This document shows positions 46,650-59,562 of a stretch of DNA of 64,000 nucleotides, piece after piece. Numbering within the stretch: position 1 is the stretch's first letter; the number at the start of each line of letters is the position of its first letter. The notes beneath the pieces are model-generated. The model was not told where the DNA came from. It was given only the letters and a program-made list of their open reading frames with translations, and searched no databases. Source of the DNA: an uncultured SAR86 cluster bacterium (GTDB taxonomy: Bacteria > Pseudomonadota > Gammaproteobacteria > Magnimaribacterales > D2472); the NCBI GenBank assembly GCA_943788515.1, contig CALSQM010000003.1, positions 87,228-151,227 on the forward strand, in the 5' to 3' direction. The position numbers and the translations under genes are program-made.

Positions 46650-47697
46650 ATGAAAATTTTAGTTTCCGCAGCAAAAACAGGAGGGCATATTTTTCCAGCA
46701 ATAGCAGTTGCTGATGAGCTCATAAAAAGCGGTCATGATGTAGTTTTTCTAGGAGGTGGAGAAAAGATAGAAATAGAAGCCGTTAGTGGTAAAAATTTCA
46801 ATTACCAGACTATAAAAATGAATGGATTTAGAGGGAAGAATACAGTCTTAAAAATTAAATCACTTATTCTAATACCACTTGGAATTATAAATGTATTGAA
46901 TTTAATACGAAAAGAAAAAATAGATGCAATGATAGGTTTTGGTGGCTTTATAACTGTACCCCCAGCAATAGCATTTAAGATTATGAGGAAGCCTATTTTT
47001 ACCCATGAACAAAATTCTATCCAAGGATCGGCCAATAAAATGCTTTCAAACCATTCTACTTTTAATTTTTTAGGCTTCCCTATAAAAAATAATTTAAAAA
47101 ATAATATCTTTAGCGGAAACCCAATCCGGAATATATTTTCCAAAAAACCTACACAAGATATTAATTCGAGTAATGATATTAATATATATGTGACTGGCGG
47201 TAGCCAGGGCGCAGAATATTTAAATAAGAATCTTCCAATAGTTTTTGGTCAAATTAATTACAAGATAAATATTAAACATCAATGTGGAGTTGGAAAATTA
47301 TCTGATGTTAAAACCTTATATCTAGAAGCAAATATCGATGCGGAGGTTCAAGAGTTTTATAAAAATCCTCAGTCTTTGATTGAATGGTCAGATTTTGTTA
47401 TTACAAGGTCTGGTGCCTTGAGCATTTCTGAAATATCATCTATGGGAAGAGGTATGGTGATGATCCCTTTGCCATCATCAATAGATAACCATCAATTTCA
47501 TAATGCTAAGTACATTGAGAATATTGGTATGGGCATAGTTCATAGCCAAGAAAATGGGCGAAGTGATTTAGAAATTAAATTATCGCAAGTTATTGATGAA
47601 AAAAATTTATAATGATTGGAAAACAAAGACTAATTTAGAACACTTAAATGCTGCGTCTTTTATATCCTCGAAAATAATAGAATATTTAAGTAAGTAA
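46650..47697 (+). CDS. murG: MurG glycosyltransferase; the last ~30 codons are in the +1 frame after an A7 run
   Basis: TGGHIFP, HEQN, GNPIR, GGSQGA, RSGA, HQ..NA; called ORF stops at 47612 but the +1 frame continues to TAA at 47695-47697. Confidence 0.93.
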
Positions 47698-47698
47698 T

Positions 47699-49084
47699 AT
47701 GAATTTTAAAAAAATTAAGTACATTCATTTCATTGGCATTGGGGGATCAGGGATGATAGGTATTGCCAGAGTGCTTTTAAAAAAAGGATACAAGATATCT
47801 GGATCAGATATCACTAATACATCCGAATTAAAAAAACTTAAAAAAAGTGGCGCTAAAGTATATATTGGACACAGGCACTCTAATATAAATAATGCCAACC
47901 TCATTGTTGTTTCATCGGCAATAGACCTAAAGAACCCTGAGATTATTGAAGCTAAGAAAAACTCAATCACAATAATACCAAGGGCTGAAATGCTTGGAAG
48001 CTTGATGAAAGGTTATGAGAGTATAGCTATTGCTGGAAGTCATGGAAAAACAACAACGACTAGTATGATTGCTAAAATATTTACGGTCGCAATGCAAAGC
48101 CCTACGTATGTTGTTGGAGGCAAAGTCTTAAGTACTGATGAAAACTCAGATCTTGGTGAGGGAAAGCATTTAATAGCTGAGGCTGACGAGAGCGATGGTT
48201 CATTTATTCATCTCCAGCCAGACGTAGCAGTTTTAACTAATATTGATGATGATCATCTGGTTCATTACGATAATAATTTTGAAAACCTACTAAGTTCATT
48301 TGTAAGGTTTTCAGAAAACGTTCCTTTTTATGGATATTTGATTATTAATACTGATGATAAAAATATTAAGAAAATTTCAAAACGAATATCGAGAAAACAG
48401 ATTTCTTTTGGTAAATCTAGTCAGGCAAATTATCAAATTCAAGATCCTTTTTATAATAATGGCTGGCAATTTTTTAAAATTAAAAAAAATGAAAAAATTT
48501 ATAAATTTAAAATACAACTCCCAGGTGTTCATAATGTTTATAATGCAGCTGCAGCAATTGCTGTTTCGATGGAAGAAGGAATCCCACTTAAAGCTATTAA
48601 AGAAGGTATTGCAAAATTCAGCGGAGTTGGAAGGCGATATGAAAAACATGAAATCTATATAAAGCCATCCTATAAAGTCCTTATAGATGATTATGGACAT
48701 CATCCTATTGAAGTTCTATCCACAATAAAAGCATATAAAGAAGAATTTCCAAAAAGCAGATCATTGATGATTTTTCAACCACATAGGTTCTCTAGGACAG
48801 CGCAGCTATTCGATGATTTTATAAAGGTTCTCAAAAAGGTTGATTCTGTAGTTCTATTAGATATTTATGCTGCAAGTGAAAAGCCAATCAAGGGTATTGA
48901 TTCAAGAACAATCGTTGAAACGTTAAAACAGCAAGGCCATAAAGATGTGACCTATCTTAAAAACCATAATGATATTGATGCCCTAATCAAACAAAGAAGA
49001 GATGACTTTGATATTTTAATTACTCAAGGCGCTGGAAGTGTATCAATTGTTTGTAATTCAATAATAGATAAATGGAAAGTATAA
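47699..49084 (+). CDS. murC: UDP-MurNAc:L-alanine ligase
   Basis: HFIGIGGSGM, AGSHGKTTT, EADESD, DDYGHHP, FQPHRFSRT. Confidence 0.98.
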   Translation: MNFKKIKYIHFIGIGGSGMIGIARVLLKKGYKISGSDITNTSELKKLKKSGAKVYIGHRHSNINNANLIVVSSAIDLKNPEIIEAKKNSITIIPRAEMLGSLMKGYESIAIAGSHGKTTTTSMIAKIFTVAMQSPTYVVGGKVLSTDENSDLGEGKHLIAEADESDGSFIHLQPDVAVLTNIDDDHLVHYDNNFENLLSSFVRFSENVPFYGYLIINTDDKNIKKISKRISRKQISFGKSSQANYQIQDPFYNNGWQFFKIKKNEKIYKFKIQLPGVHNVYNAAAAIAVSMEEGIPLKAIKEGIAKFSGVGRRYEKHEIYIKPSYKVLIDDYGHHPIEVLSTIKAYKEEFPKSRSLMIFQPHRFSRTAQLFDDFIKVLKKVDSVVLLDIYAASEKPIKGIDSRTIVETLKQQGHKDVTYLKNHNDIDALIKQRRDDFDILITQGAGSVSIVCNSIIDKWKV

Positions 49085-49977
49085 ATAAAATTGCAGTGCT
49101 TTATGGGGGTTCATCTGGGGAAAGAGAGGTCTCCATAGAGAGTGGTAAAAGAGTTCATGACGCAATTATTGAACTTGGCTATGAGTCTAAAAAGTTTGAT
49201 ATCAATGACATTGATGATTTGCATGCTCTCATTAATTTTGACTTTATTTTCATTGCTCTTCATGGAGAAGAGGGGGAAAGTGGCGCATTACAGAAAAGGC
49301 TTGAATCAATTGGAATTCCATACACAGGCTCTAATGCAGAATCTTGTTCTCATAGCTGGAATAAATCAATTAGCAAAAATTTAATTAGAAAAAATGGAAT
49401 GAAAACACCTGATTCAATCCAAATAAACAATTCTTTAAGTTTTAAAAGAAGTTATGAAGATATTCCCTTTGATCATTTTTTTATTAAACCTTCCATGGAT
49501 GGTTCAAGTGTTAATATTTTTGAGATCAAGAATAAAGATGAATATAAAGAAACCATAGAAAAATTAAATACCCTTAACGGACCATTTATTCTTGAGGAAG
49601 CAATTAAATTTAAAGAATATACTGTAACAATTATTGGGGATCTAGTTTTGCCTCCTATTGAGATCAAAACTGTAAATAGTTTTTATGACTATGATGCTAA
49701 ATACATATCCAATGATACTGATTTAGTTGAGGCAAATTATGGTGACGAGTGGGTTAATAATATTAAAAACTTTGCTAATAATTCCTACCAAGCTTTAGGG
49801 TGTTCAGGATGGGCTAGGGTTGATATTCTTGAGAATAGCGATGGAGACTTTTATTTTTTAGAATTAAATTCTAGTCCTGGAATGACTTCACATAGCTGTG
49901 TTCCTAAATCAGGTGAGTTTATGGGCTTGAGTTATAATGAAGTTGTGCAAAAGATAATAGATGCATCAATTGCTTAA
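49072..49977 (+). CDS. ddl: D-alanine--D-alanine ligase
   Basis: GGSSGEREVS, LHG..GE.G, GSS, FYDYDAKY, ELNSSPGMT. Confidence 0.96.
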   Translation: MESINKIAVLYGGSSGEREVSIESGKRVHDAIIELGYESKKFDINDIDDLHALINFDFIFIALHGEEGESGALQKRLESIGIPYTGSNAESCSHSWNKSISKNLIRKNGMKTPDSIQINNSLSFKRSYEDIPFDHFFIKPSMDGSSVNIFEIKNKDEYKETIEKLNTLNGPFILEEAIKFKEYTVTIIGDLVLPPIEIKTVNSFYDYDAKYISNDTDLVEANYGDEWVNNIKNFANNSYQALGCSGWARVDILENSDGDFYFLELNSSPGMTSHSCVPKSGEFMGLSYNEVVQKIIDASIA

Positions 49978-50593
49978 ATATTTCTTAGCTATTTATTTTC
50001 TTATAGGATTTAATATTTTTATAAATGCTGATGATTTAGTTTTTGATATTAATTACGAATCAGGAATGCAATTAGATTCACAAAAATTTTTTAATGAAAG
50101 CCTATCCTTGGTTATTTCTAAAAAAGAATTAAGATTGTTGCTTGAAGAACAAGACTGGATTGCTAGTTATTCAATCAGATCTCTTCCATTTTCAAAAAAA
50201 GTTCACATCTCTATATCTAATAGGATCCCAATTTTTATTCTTAACGATAGATATTATGTTGACAAGGATCTTAAAAAATTTAAATTTGATTTTACAAATA
50301 CTTCTTTGATTAAAATTAATGGAGATATAAAAGATCTTGATAATATTCTATTGCTAATAGATCTCTTCTCTGCATATAAAGAAACAAATTTTGCACTTAT
50401 TTCTATTAACTTTAATCATGTAAGAGGGTGGCTTATAAATACAGACAGTTCAGTAATAAAACTAGGTAAAAAAATAGACAGCATAAAGATTAAAAACACA
50501 AAAGATACATTGAATTACTTGTATGAGAAAAGAAAAATACCTAAGATAATAGATCTTAGATACAAAGATGGAGTGGCTCTAAAATATGGCTAA
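49961..50593 (+). CDS. ftsQ: Cell division protein FtsQ (divergent, short)
   Basis: N-terminal hydrophobic segment, L...WI...SIR POTRA pattern, IDLRYKDGVA C-terminus; between ddl and ftsA. Confidence 0.85.
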   Translation: MHQLLKYFLAIYFLIGFNIFINADDLVFDINYESGMQLDSQKFFNESLSLVISKKELRLLLEEQDWIASYSIRSLPFSKKVHISISNRIPIFILNDRYYVDKDLKKFKFDFTNTSLIKINGDIKDLDNILLLIDLFSAYKETNFALISINFNHVRGWLINTDSSVIKLGKKIDSIKIKNTKDTLNYLYEKRKIPKIIDLRYKDGVALKYG

Positions 50594-51812
50594 TAATACA
50601 AAAAATTCTAATATGGTTGTTGGCCTAGATATAGGTACATCAAAGGTTGTTTGTATTGTTGGTAAATATAATGAATCTAACAAGTTAGAGATTATCTCTT
50701 TAGGATCCTATCCATCAAGTGGCTTGAAGAAAGGTGTAGTAGTCAATATAGATGCCACAACAGATGCTATAAAGAAAGCAGTTGAACAGGCTCAATCAAT
50801 GATTGAAGAAAAAATAAATTCTGTATATGTGGGCATAGCTGGAAATCATATAAAGAGCTTAAATTCTCAGGGTGCTGTCGGCATTAAAGATAAAGAGGTG
50901 ACACCTTTTGATATTGATCGAGTTATTGACTCAGCTCAGGCAGTATCAATTCCATCAGATCAAAATGTATTGCATGTTCTTCCCCAAGAGTACGTTATTG
51001 ATAACCAAGAGGTAAGTCTTGATCCTCTAGGAATGGCTGGCGTAAGACTAGAGGCCAAGGTTCACTTGGTTACTTGTGCTAACAGTGCTATAAAAAATAT
51101 TGAAAAATGCATAAAAAACTGCGGTTTAGCTGTTGATGGATTTGTTCTTGAGCAATTAGCAAGCTCACATTCCATTTTATCTGAAGATGAAAAGGAACTA
51201 GGCGTTTGCTTAGTAGATATCGGCGGAGGGACAACTGACATAGCAATTTTTAATTCAGGCTCAATAGTCTTCACAGGAGTTATACCTATTGCAGGAGATC
51301 AAGTAACTAGTGATATTGCTCAGGCATTAAGAACACCGACACCGCAAGCAGAAGAGATCAAGCAAAAACACGGGTGTGCTGTTGCAGAATTTACAAAAGA
51401 AGATGAAAGTATCGAAGTTCCAGGAGTCGGTGGCAGGCCAACAAGAGAACTATCTAGAACATCCTTGGCTGATATTGTTCAACCTCGATATACAGAATTA
51501 TTTGAGTTAGTAAAAGCCGAGATTACTAGAAATGGATTTGAGGACAAAATCTCAGCTGGAGTTGTCTTTACTGGCGGAACATCGAAGATGGAGGGGGTCG
51601 TTGAATTGGCTGAATCAATTTTTCAGACGTCTGTAAGATTAGGAATTCCTAATAAGTTCTCTGGAATGGAAAGTATTCTTCAAAATCCAATATATGCTAC
51701 ATCAATTGGTCTTGTTGACCATGGCTACAAACAAATGAGCGATGGCCTTATAGCTGAACAGGGCCAAAGCTGGTTAACCAAACTTATAAAAATAGTTAAA
51801 AGTGAGTATTGA
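50586..51812 (+). CDS. ftsA: Cell division protein FtsA
   Basis: GLDIGTSK, DIGGGTTD, VFTGG, C-terminal amphipathic helix WLTKLIKIVK. Confidence 0.98.
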   Translation: MANNTKNSNMVVGLDIGTSKVVCIVGKYNESNKLEIISLGSYPSSGLKKGVVVNIDATTDAIKKAVEQAQSMIEEKINSVYVGIAGNHIKSLNSQGAVGIKDKEVTPFDIDRVIDSAQAVSIPSDQNVLHVLPQEYVIDNQEVSLDPLGMAGVRLEAKVHLVTCANSAIKNIEKCIKNCGLAVDGFVLEQLASSHSILSEDEKELGVCLVDIGGGTTDIAIFNSGSIVFTGVIPIAGDQVTSDIAQALRTPTPQAEEIKQKHGCAVAEFTKEDESIEVPGVGGRPTRELSRTSLADIVQPRYTELFELVKAEITRNGFEDKISAGVVFTGGTSKMEGVVELAESIFQTSVRLGIPNKFSGMESILQNPIYATSIGLVDHGYKQMSDGLIAEQGQSWLTKLIKIVKSEY

Positions 51813-51893
51813 TAACTAAAAATAATTGCTTTAGAATGCATTTTCCTTGGTTTAGGCTAATTAAAGCTTAAATCTATAACCAAAAGGCAAATA
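51809..51893 (+). promoter_or_regulatory. Sigma70 promoter and structured leader of the rpsF operon
   Basis: TTGATA-17 nt-TAGAAT (51809-51837); leader CCTTGGTT...AACCAAAAGG stem next to the start. Confidence 0.6.
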
Positions 51894-52307
51894 ATGAATA
51901 AATACGAAGCGGTCATAATATTAAATCCAAACCTATCAACTAAAGTTGGTGACTTCCTAAAAGATTTTGATAAATTACTAAAAGATAATTCATTTAGTAT
52001 TGTTAAGACAGAAGATATAGGAAGAAGGCAATTAGCATACTCAATTAATAACCATAATAAAGGTCATTACATTATTTTTAATCTTGAAGGCGACCCATCA
52101 AAACTTCTTGAAATTGAGACAAAAATTAAATACAACGAATCAATAATTCGTCATTTATTTTTAGTTGTTAAAGAGCATTCAAGCGAAGATTCGAGTTTGT
52201 TTACAGAATCTAAGAATAAGAAACCTGAGTCTATAAATGAAGATGTAAAAGTTGAATCTAAAGAAATAAAAGCTGACGAGTCAGCTAAGACAAAGGGGGA
52301 AGTGTAA
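51894..52307 (+). CDS. rpsF: 30S ribosomal protein S6
   Basis: KYE..IL.P, G.RQLAY.I, G.Y, IIRHL. Confidence 0.96.
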   Translation: MNKYEAVIILNPNLSTKVGDFLKDFDKLLKDNSFSIVKTEDIGRRQLAYSINNHNKGHYIIFNLEGDPSKLLEIETKIKYNESIIRHLFLVVKEHSSEDSSLFTESKNKKPESINEDVKVESKEIKADESAKTKGEV

Positions 52308-52308
52308 G

Positions 52309-52503
52309 ATGAGTAAATATGATTTACCCAAGAATTTTGACTATAAAAATACTGATGCTTTAAGACCATTTATTACTGAAACTGGAAAAATTATTCCAGC
52401 TAGAGTAACTGGCGTTTCTGCTTCGAACCAAAGAAAAGTTACTAAATCAATTAAGATTGCTAGATTTTTAGCACTTTTACCATACACGGACATGCACCAG
52501 TAA
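52309..52503 (+). CDS. rpsR: 30S ribosomal protein S18 (short, Cys-free)
   Basis: DYKN...[16 protein letters not shown]....QR....[11 protein letters not shown]. Confidence 0.96.
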   Translation: MSKYDLPKNFDYKNTDALRPFITETGKIIPARVTGVSASNQRKVTKSIKIARFLALLPYTDMHQ

Positions 52504-52507
52504 GATT

Positions 52508-52954
52508 ATGAAAATTATACTATTAGATAAGATACAAAGATTAGGTGAAATTGGAGATGTTGTTGAAGTTAACTCTGGCTATGCTAGAAATTTCTTAATA
52601 CCCCAAAAAAAGGCTGCTTTTGCAAGTGGTAAAAATATTGCTGAAGTAGAAGCAAGAAAAGATGAGCTAGCTGCAGCATCTGCAGATCAACTAACTAGAG
52701 CTCAAGCTAGATCAGAAGAAATTCAGGGTTCTGTTTGTGAGATTGCTGTCCCAGTCACTGAAGAAGGTGCATTATATGGTTCTGTTGGTACTAGAGAGAT
52801 AGCTGAAGCATTTCTAGCAGTAAATGTTGAAATTGATAAAAGTGAAGTTCAACTACCTGATGGACCTATTAAAGAAACTGGTGAGCACGTTATTACTATC
52901 AGCGTACATCCAGAAGTTTCAGCTGAAGTAACTGTAAAAGTATTAGCTGAGTAG
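52508..52954 (+). CDS. rplI: 50S ribosomal protein L9
   Basis: LG.IGDVVEV..GYARNFLIP, LYGSV, VHPEV. Confidence 0.97.
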   Translation: MKIILLDKIQRLGEIGDVVEVNSGYARNFLIPQKKAAFASGKNIAEVEARKDELAAASADQLTRAQARSEEIQGSVCEIAVPVTEEGALYGSVGTREIAEAFLAVNVEIDKSEVQLPDGPIKETGEHVITISVHPEVSAEVTVKVLAE

Positions 52955-52992
52955 TTGTATATTTTAAAATATGATGTAAAAATCATATTCCA

Positions 52993-54372
52993 ATGTCTGA
53001 CTCATTAATAAATCAAAACGAACAAGCTAGAGAAGCAGAAAGGGCTGTCTTGGGTGGCCTTATGCTTGAAACCCATAGATTTGATACAGTAATCCAAGTT
53101 ATCAAAGATAATGATTTTGATGGGAAAGATCATCAAATTATTTTCCAATCAATGTCAGAGTTGATTGAAGAAAATAAGCCATTAGACCCATTAACAGTTT
53201 CAGAGAAATTAGATAATAAAAATTCTTTAAATAAAGTTGGTGGTAAAGACTATCTAATAGAGTTAGCAACAACCACCCCATCTGCTGCTAATTTAGAAGC
53301 CTATGCTGAAATAATAAGACAGAGATCCATCACCAGAAAGCTGATTAAGACTAATTCAGAAATTTCAGAACTTATTAATAACCCACAAGGGCAAGATGGT
53401 TTAGCGCTCTTGGATAAAGCTGAGAGTATGATTTTTGCTTTAAATGATGAGTCATCTCAAGATAATGACAGTATGGAGTCAATGAAATCACTTATTCCAA
53501 AGACCATGGATAGGCTTCATGAGTTATCAGAAAAGAAAGGTGGGCTGATTGGATCCTCAACTGGCTTTAAAGATTTAGATACAAAACTTCAAGGCATTCA
53601 GAATGGAGATTTAATTGTTGTTGCGGGAAGGCCTAGTATGGGTAAAACATCTTTAGCAATGAATTTAGCTGAAAATGTTTTAGTGGATAGGGATACAAAA
53701 GGCGCTGTTTTAATTTTTAGTTTGGAAATGCCAGGAGAGTCACTTACCACAAGAATGCTTTCAGGTATGTGTAAGTTAAATCAGCAAAATGTAAGATCTG
53801 GCCAGCTTAAAGATAATGAATTAAAACTTTTACTTCAAGAAGGGGAAAGGTTAAAGAATCTTCCGCTTTGGATTGATGATAGCTCTTTACTGTCGCCCAT
53901 GGAGTTGCGAGCAAAAGCCAGGAGGCTTGCAAGACAAGAAGAGCATGGTCTTTCCTTGATTGTTGTTGACTATCTTCAGCTAATGCAACTTCCGACATCC
54001 TCAGAAAATAGGGTCAATCAAATATCAGAAATATCTAGGTCATTAAAATCTTTAGCTAAAGAGTTGCAGGTACCCGTTATAGCACTTTCACAGCTCAATA
54101 GGGCCGTAGAACAAAGACCCAACAAAAGGCCAATCATGGCAGACCTAAGAGATTCTGGAGCTATTGAGCAGGATGCAGATGTAATCTTATTTATATATAG
54201 AGATGAGGTTTACAATGAAGATTCTGATCAGGGAAATAAAGCTGAGATAATTATTGGCAAACAAAGGAATGGTCCTATTGGTACGGTCAACCTGACCTTC
54301 CTAAAGGAATATACTCGTTTTGAGAATTTTGCTAATGATGGATATTCAGACGACTACTCTAGTAATTTCTAA
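52993..54372 (+). CDS. dnaB: Replicative DNA helicase
   Basis: GRPSMGKT, FSLEM, VDYLQL, SQLNR, DLRDSGAIEQDAD; no intein. Confidence 0.98.
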   Translation: MSDSLINQNEQAREAERAVLGGLMLETHRFDTVIQVIKDNDFDGKDHQIIFQSMSELIEENKPLDPLTVSEKLDNKNSLNKVGGKDYLIELATTTPSAANLEAYAEIIRQRSITRKLIKTNSEISELINNPQGQDGLALLDKAESMIFALNDESSQDNDSMESMKSLIPKTMDRLHELSEKKGGLIGSSTGFKDLDTKLQGIQNGDLIVVAGRPSMGKTSLAMNLAENVLVDRDTKGAVLIFSLEMPGESLTTRMLSGMCKLNQQNVRSGQLKDNELKLLLQEGERLKNLPLWIDDSSLLSPMELRAKARRLARQEEHGLSLIVVDYLQLMQLPTSSENRVNQISEISRSLKSLAKELQVPVIALSQLNRAVEQRPNKRPIMADLRDSGAIEQDADVILFIYRDEVYNEDSDQGNKAEIIIGKQRNGPIGTVNLTFLKEYTRFENFANDGYSDDYSSNF

Positions 54373-55430
54373 TGACTAGGGCTGCCTCAGAGCTCATAAT
54401 AGAACCTGCAATTGTAAGAAAAAATATTTCTTATTTAAAAGCAAAATTAGATGATTCTTCAAAATTTATGGCAATTATCAAGTCTGATGCTTATGGCCAT
54501 ATCCTTTCAAATATAGTTAGAGATATTGATGATCTTGTAGATGGCTATGGTGTTGTTAGGCTTGAAGAAGCAATTAGCATAAGAAAAATTTCTTCTAAGA
54601 AGATTTTACTGATGCAAGGCGTCTATTCACAATCTGATTTTAAAGAGGCTAGAGATAATTCTTTGGATTTAGTAATCCATAATAGTCTTCAATTCTCCTT
54701 AGTTAAGGATAATGACTCTTATGAAAATTTATGGTTCAAGATAAATACAGGAATGAATAGGTTTGGGTTTGAAGAGGATGAATTCCTTGACATTTATACT
54801 ACTTACTTATCAGATAAGAAATTTACCTTGATGTCGCACCTATCTGCTTCCAACGTACCAAGTGATATATCAAACAAAAACCAATTTGAGCGCTTTAATA
54901 GCATATGTCAAAAATTAAATCCAGATATTTTAAAAAGTATTGCAAATACAGGCTGTGTAATTAATTTTCCTGATAAATCCATGGATTGGGTTAGGGTTGG
55001 TATAGGTATTTTTGGAGGATATATCGGCAGTAATGAACTCCAAACAGCAATGACGCTAAGATCGCCAATAATAAATATTAGAAAAATTAATAAAGGCCAA
55101 AGAGTTGGCTATGACGGACGCGCAGAAGCAACTCAAGATATGAAGATTGCTACAGTTTATTGTGGGTATGCAGACGGGCTACCAAATCATATTAAAGATG
55201 GCACAAAAGTTTTTATTAACAATGTTGGCGCAGAAATATTTGGAAAAGTAAGCATGGATGTAACTACTGTAGATGTTAGCCATATACCAGATTGTGAAAT
55301 TGGAGATTGGTGTGAATTCTTCTCACCCAACCATTCAATCAATAACTTGACCTCATCAAATAACCTTATTTCATATGACTTAATGATCAGAATTAAATCA
55401 AGAGTAAAGAGAATCTATAAAAAATTATAG
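54372..55430 (+). CDS. alr: Alanine racemase
   Basis: IKSDAYGH PLP lysine, NTGMNRFG, GYADG, GKVSMD. Confidence 0.96.
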   Translation: MTRAASELIIEPAIVRKNISYLKAKLDDSSKFMAIIKSDAYGHILSNIVRDIDDLVDGYGVVRLEEAISIRKISSKKILLMQGVYSQSDFKEARDNSLDLVIHNSLQFSLVKDNDSYENLWFKINTGMNRFGFEEDEFLDIYTTYLSDKKFTLMSHLSASNVPSDISNKNQFERFNSICQKLNPDILKSIANTGCVINFPDKSMDWVRVGIGIFGGYIGSNELQTAMTLRSPIINIRKINKGQRVGYDGRAEATQDMKIATVYCGYADGLPNHIKDGTKVFINNVGAEIFGKVSMDVTTVDVSHIPDCEIGDWCEFFSPNHSINNLTSSNNLISYDLMIRIKSRVKRIYKKL

Positions 55431-55457
55431 TTTTATTAAGTATTTTGAAAATATTAT

Positions 55458-57138
<1,681 letters not shown>

Positions 57139-57140
57139 CT

Positions 57141-57980
57141 ATGAATAATTTAGAGCTGAGAGATTTTACTATCGGTAATGCCGAGCCCATGACTTTGATG
57201 GGCGGGGTGAATGTTTTAGAGTCTCGTGATCTAGCAATGGAAGTAGCTGAAAAATTTAAAGTTATTTCTGACAAATTAAATATTAATTACATCTTTAAAG
57301 GCTCGTTTGATAAAGCAAATAGAAGCTCAGTAAAATCTTTTAGGGGACCTGGTCTTGAAGATGGCTTAAAAATATTACAAGAAGTTTCGAGTCAATTTAA
57401 TATTGCTACTATCACTGATATCCATGAACCCAGTCAAGCTTTGCCAGTCAGTGAGGTGTGTGAGGTTGTTCAAATTCCAGCATTCTTAGCTCGACAAACA
57501 GACTTAGTTGTTGCTGCCGCAGAAACCTCGTCCATTCTTCAATTTAAAAAACCACAATTCCTATCTGCACCAGAAATGAAAAATATTATTGAGAAGTGTG
57601 AATCTGCTGGTAATAATAAAATTACATTATGCGAGAGAGGTAATTCATTTGGATACAATAATCTAATTGTTGATACTCTTAATTTCCAAATTCTTAAAAA
57701 CCTAAACAAACCTACTATTTTTGATGTAACTCACTCGCTCCAACTTCCTGGAGGTTTAGGAAATGCTGCTGGTGGAAGAAGGGAATACCTTCTTAGTTTA
57801 GCAAAAGCAGGTATGTCACAAGGCATAGCAGGTCTTTTTTTAGAAGCACACCCTGATCCAGATAATGCTAAATGTGATGGTCCGTGTGCCCTTCGGTTGG
57901 ATATGCTGGAACCTTTTTTAAAGCAAATAAAAGAGCTTGATGTATTTATAAAAGATCAAGACATTTTAGATATTTTTTAA
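57141..57980 (+). CDS. kdsA: KDO8P synthase
   Basis: NVLES (metal-independent type), [26 protein letters not shown]. Confidence 0.97.
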   Translation: MNNLELRDFTIGNAEPMTLMGGVNVLESRDLAMEVAEKFKVISDKLNINYIFKGSFDKANRSSVKSFRGPGLEDGLKILQEVSSQFNIATITDIHEPSQALPVSEVCEVVQIPAFLARQTDLVVAAAETSSILQFKKPQFLSAPEMKNIIEKCESAGNNKITLCERGNSFGYNNLIVDTLNFQILKNLNKPTIFDVTHSLQLPGGLGNAAGGRREYLLSLAKAGMSQGIAGLFLEAHPDPDNAKCDGPCALRLDMLEPFLKQIKELDVFIKDQDILDIF

Positions 57981-57985
57981 TAAAC

Positions 57986-59263
57986 ATGACTTGGATCAAA
58001 TCAATAAAGGCTATTCAAGTTTTAGATTCTAGAGGACTACCTACTATTTCCTGTAAGGTAAGTCTTGGATGTGGAGTTCAGGCAAGTGCAATGGTTCCTA
58101 GTGGAGCATCAACAGGAACAAAAGAAGCCTTAGAATTAAGAGATGGTGATGAACTCTATATGGGCAAAGGTGTCGATAAGGCTGTTGCTAATATTAATGA
58201 TATTATTGCCCCACTTCTTATAAATCTTGATCCTAGAGATCAAAAATTAATTGATCAAAAATTAGTCAATTTAGATGGAACTAGTGATAAATCTAGCTTA
58301 GGTGCTAATGCTATTCTTGCTGTTTCTCTTGCTGTTTCTCATGCCGCAGCTAAAGAGAAAAAAATACCTCTTCATAATCATTTTGCAGATATATATAAAG
58401 ATATTACAGGGCATCAAGTTTCTCCGAATCTTCCTATGCCAATGCTTAATATTTTAAATGGAGGTGAGCATGCTGATAATAATATAGATATTCAAGAGTT
58501 TATGATTATTCCAAATAGAGCATCAGATATGAAAGAGGCCATGAGATGGTCCTCAGAGATCTATTGGAACTTGAAATCAATTTTAAAATCAGAAAAACTA
58601 TCAACTGCAGTTGGAGATGAGGGAGGGTTTGCCCCCAACCTAAAAAGCAATGAAGATGCAATAAAATTAATTTTAAGGGCAATAGAAGACTCAAAACTAA
58701 TACCAGGAAAAGATATCTTTATTGCGCTGGATTGTGCAGCCAGTGAATTTTTTAAAGATGGTCAATATCTTTTATCAGGAGAGGGAAGGTCATTAAATTC
58801 AGAATCCTTTGCAGATTATTTAGAGCATCTAGTCGACACTTACCCAATTATATCCATTGAAGATGGAATGGATGAAAATGATCACAATGGTTGGAAAATA
58901 CTGACTGAAAAAATTGGACATAAATGTCAATTAGTCGGTGATGATTTATTTGTAACAAATAAAGTAATTTTTAAAAATGGTATTTATGAAGGCTTAGCAA
59001 ACTCTATTTTAATTAAATTTAATCAAATAGGATCGATTACCGAAACAATAGAAACAATTCACTTGGCGAATACAAATAATTATAAATCAATTATTTCACA
59101 TAGATCAGGAGAAACTGAAGACACAACCATTGCAGATCTTGCAGTAGGTCTTGGTGCCGGGCAAATCAAAACTGGCGCTCCTTGTAGATCTGATAGGGTT
59201 GCAAAATATAACCGGCTTCTATGGATTGAAGAGGAGAATATAGAACTTAATCTTTCTAAATGA
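57986..59263 (+). CDS. eno: Enolase
   Basis: [30 protein letters not shown]. Confidence 0.99.
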   Translation: MTWIKSIKAIQVLDSRGLPTISCKVSLGCGVQASAMVPSGASTGTKEALELRDGDELYMGKGVDKAVANINDIIAPLLINLDPRDQKLIDQKLVNLDGTSDKSSLGANAILAVSLAVSHAAAKEKKIPLHNHFADIYKDITGHQVSPNLPMPMLNILNGGEHADNNIDIQEFMIIPNRASDMKEAMRWSSEIYWNLKSILKSEKLSTAVGDEGGFAPNLKSNEDAIKLILRAIEDSKLIPGKDIFIALDCAASEFFKDGQYLLSGEGRSLNSESFADYLEHLVDTYPIISIEDGMDENDHNGWKILTEKIGHKCQLVGDDLFVTNKVIFKNGIYEGLANSILIKFNQIGSITETIETIHLANTNNYKSIISHRSGETEDTTIADLAVGLGAGQIKTGAPCRSDRVAKYNRLLWIEEENIELNLSK

Positions 59264-59562
59264 AACGTCTTTTCTATTTTTTGGCCACTTTTTTAATATT
59301 GCTCATAATAGTCTTATTAAATAGTATTTTTTTTGGCGCAAATAACTATAAGCAAAAATCCCTTCTTGTAGAAGCGAACAACTTACAAATTATAAAGAAT
59401 AATGATTTAAAAAATCAGAATGATATTTTAGAATTTGAAATTGAAAATGCTCAAAATTCTAATGAACATGTTGAAAATTTTGCAAGGGAAAAACTTAACC
59501 TTTCATACCCAGACGAGGAGTTCATTTCATTTGAGAATGAAGTAAAAATACAAGATGAATAA
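59260..59562 (+). CDS. ftsB: Cell division protein FtsB
   Basis: TM, coiled coil, E..AREKL....PDE; eno-ftsB-ispD order. Confidence 0.88.
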   Translation: MKRLFYFLATFLILLIIVLLNSIFFGANNYKQKSLLVEANNLQIIKNNDLKNQNDILEFEIENAQNSNEHVENFAREKLNLSYPDEEFISFENEVKIQDE

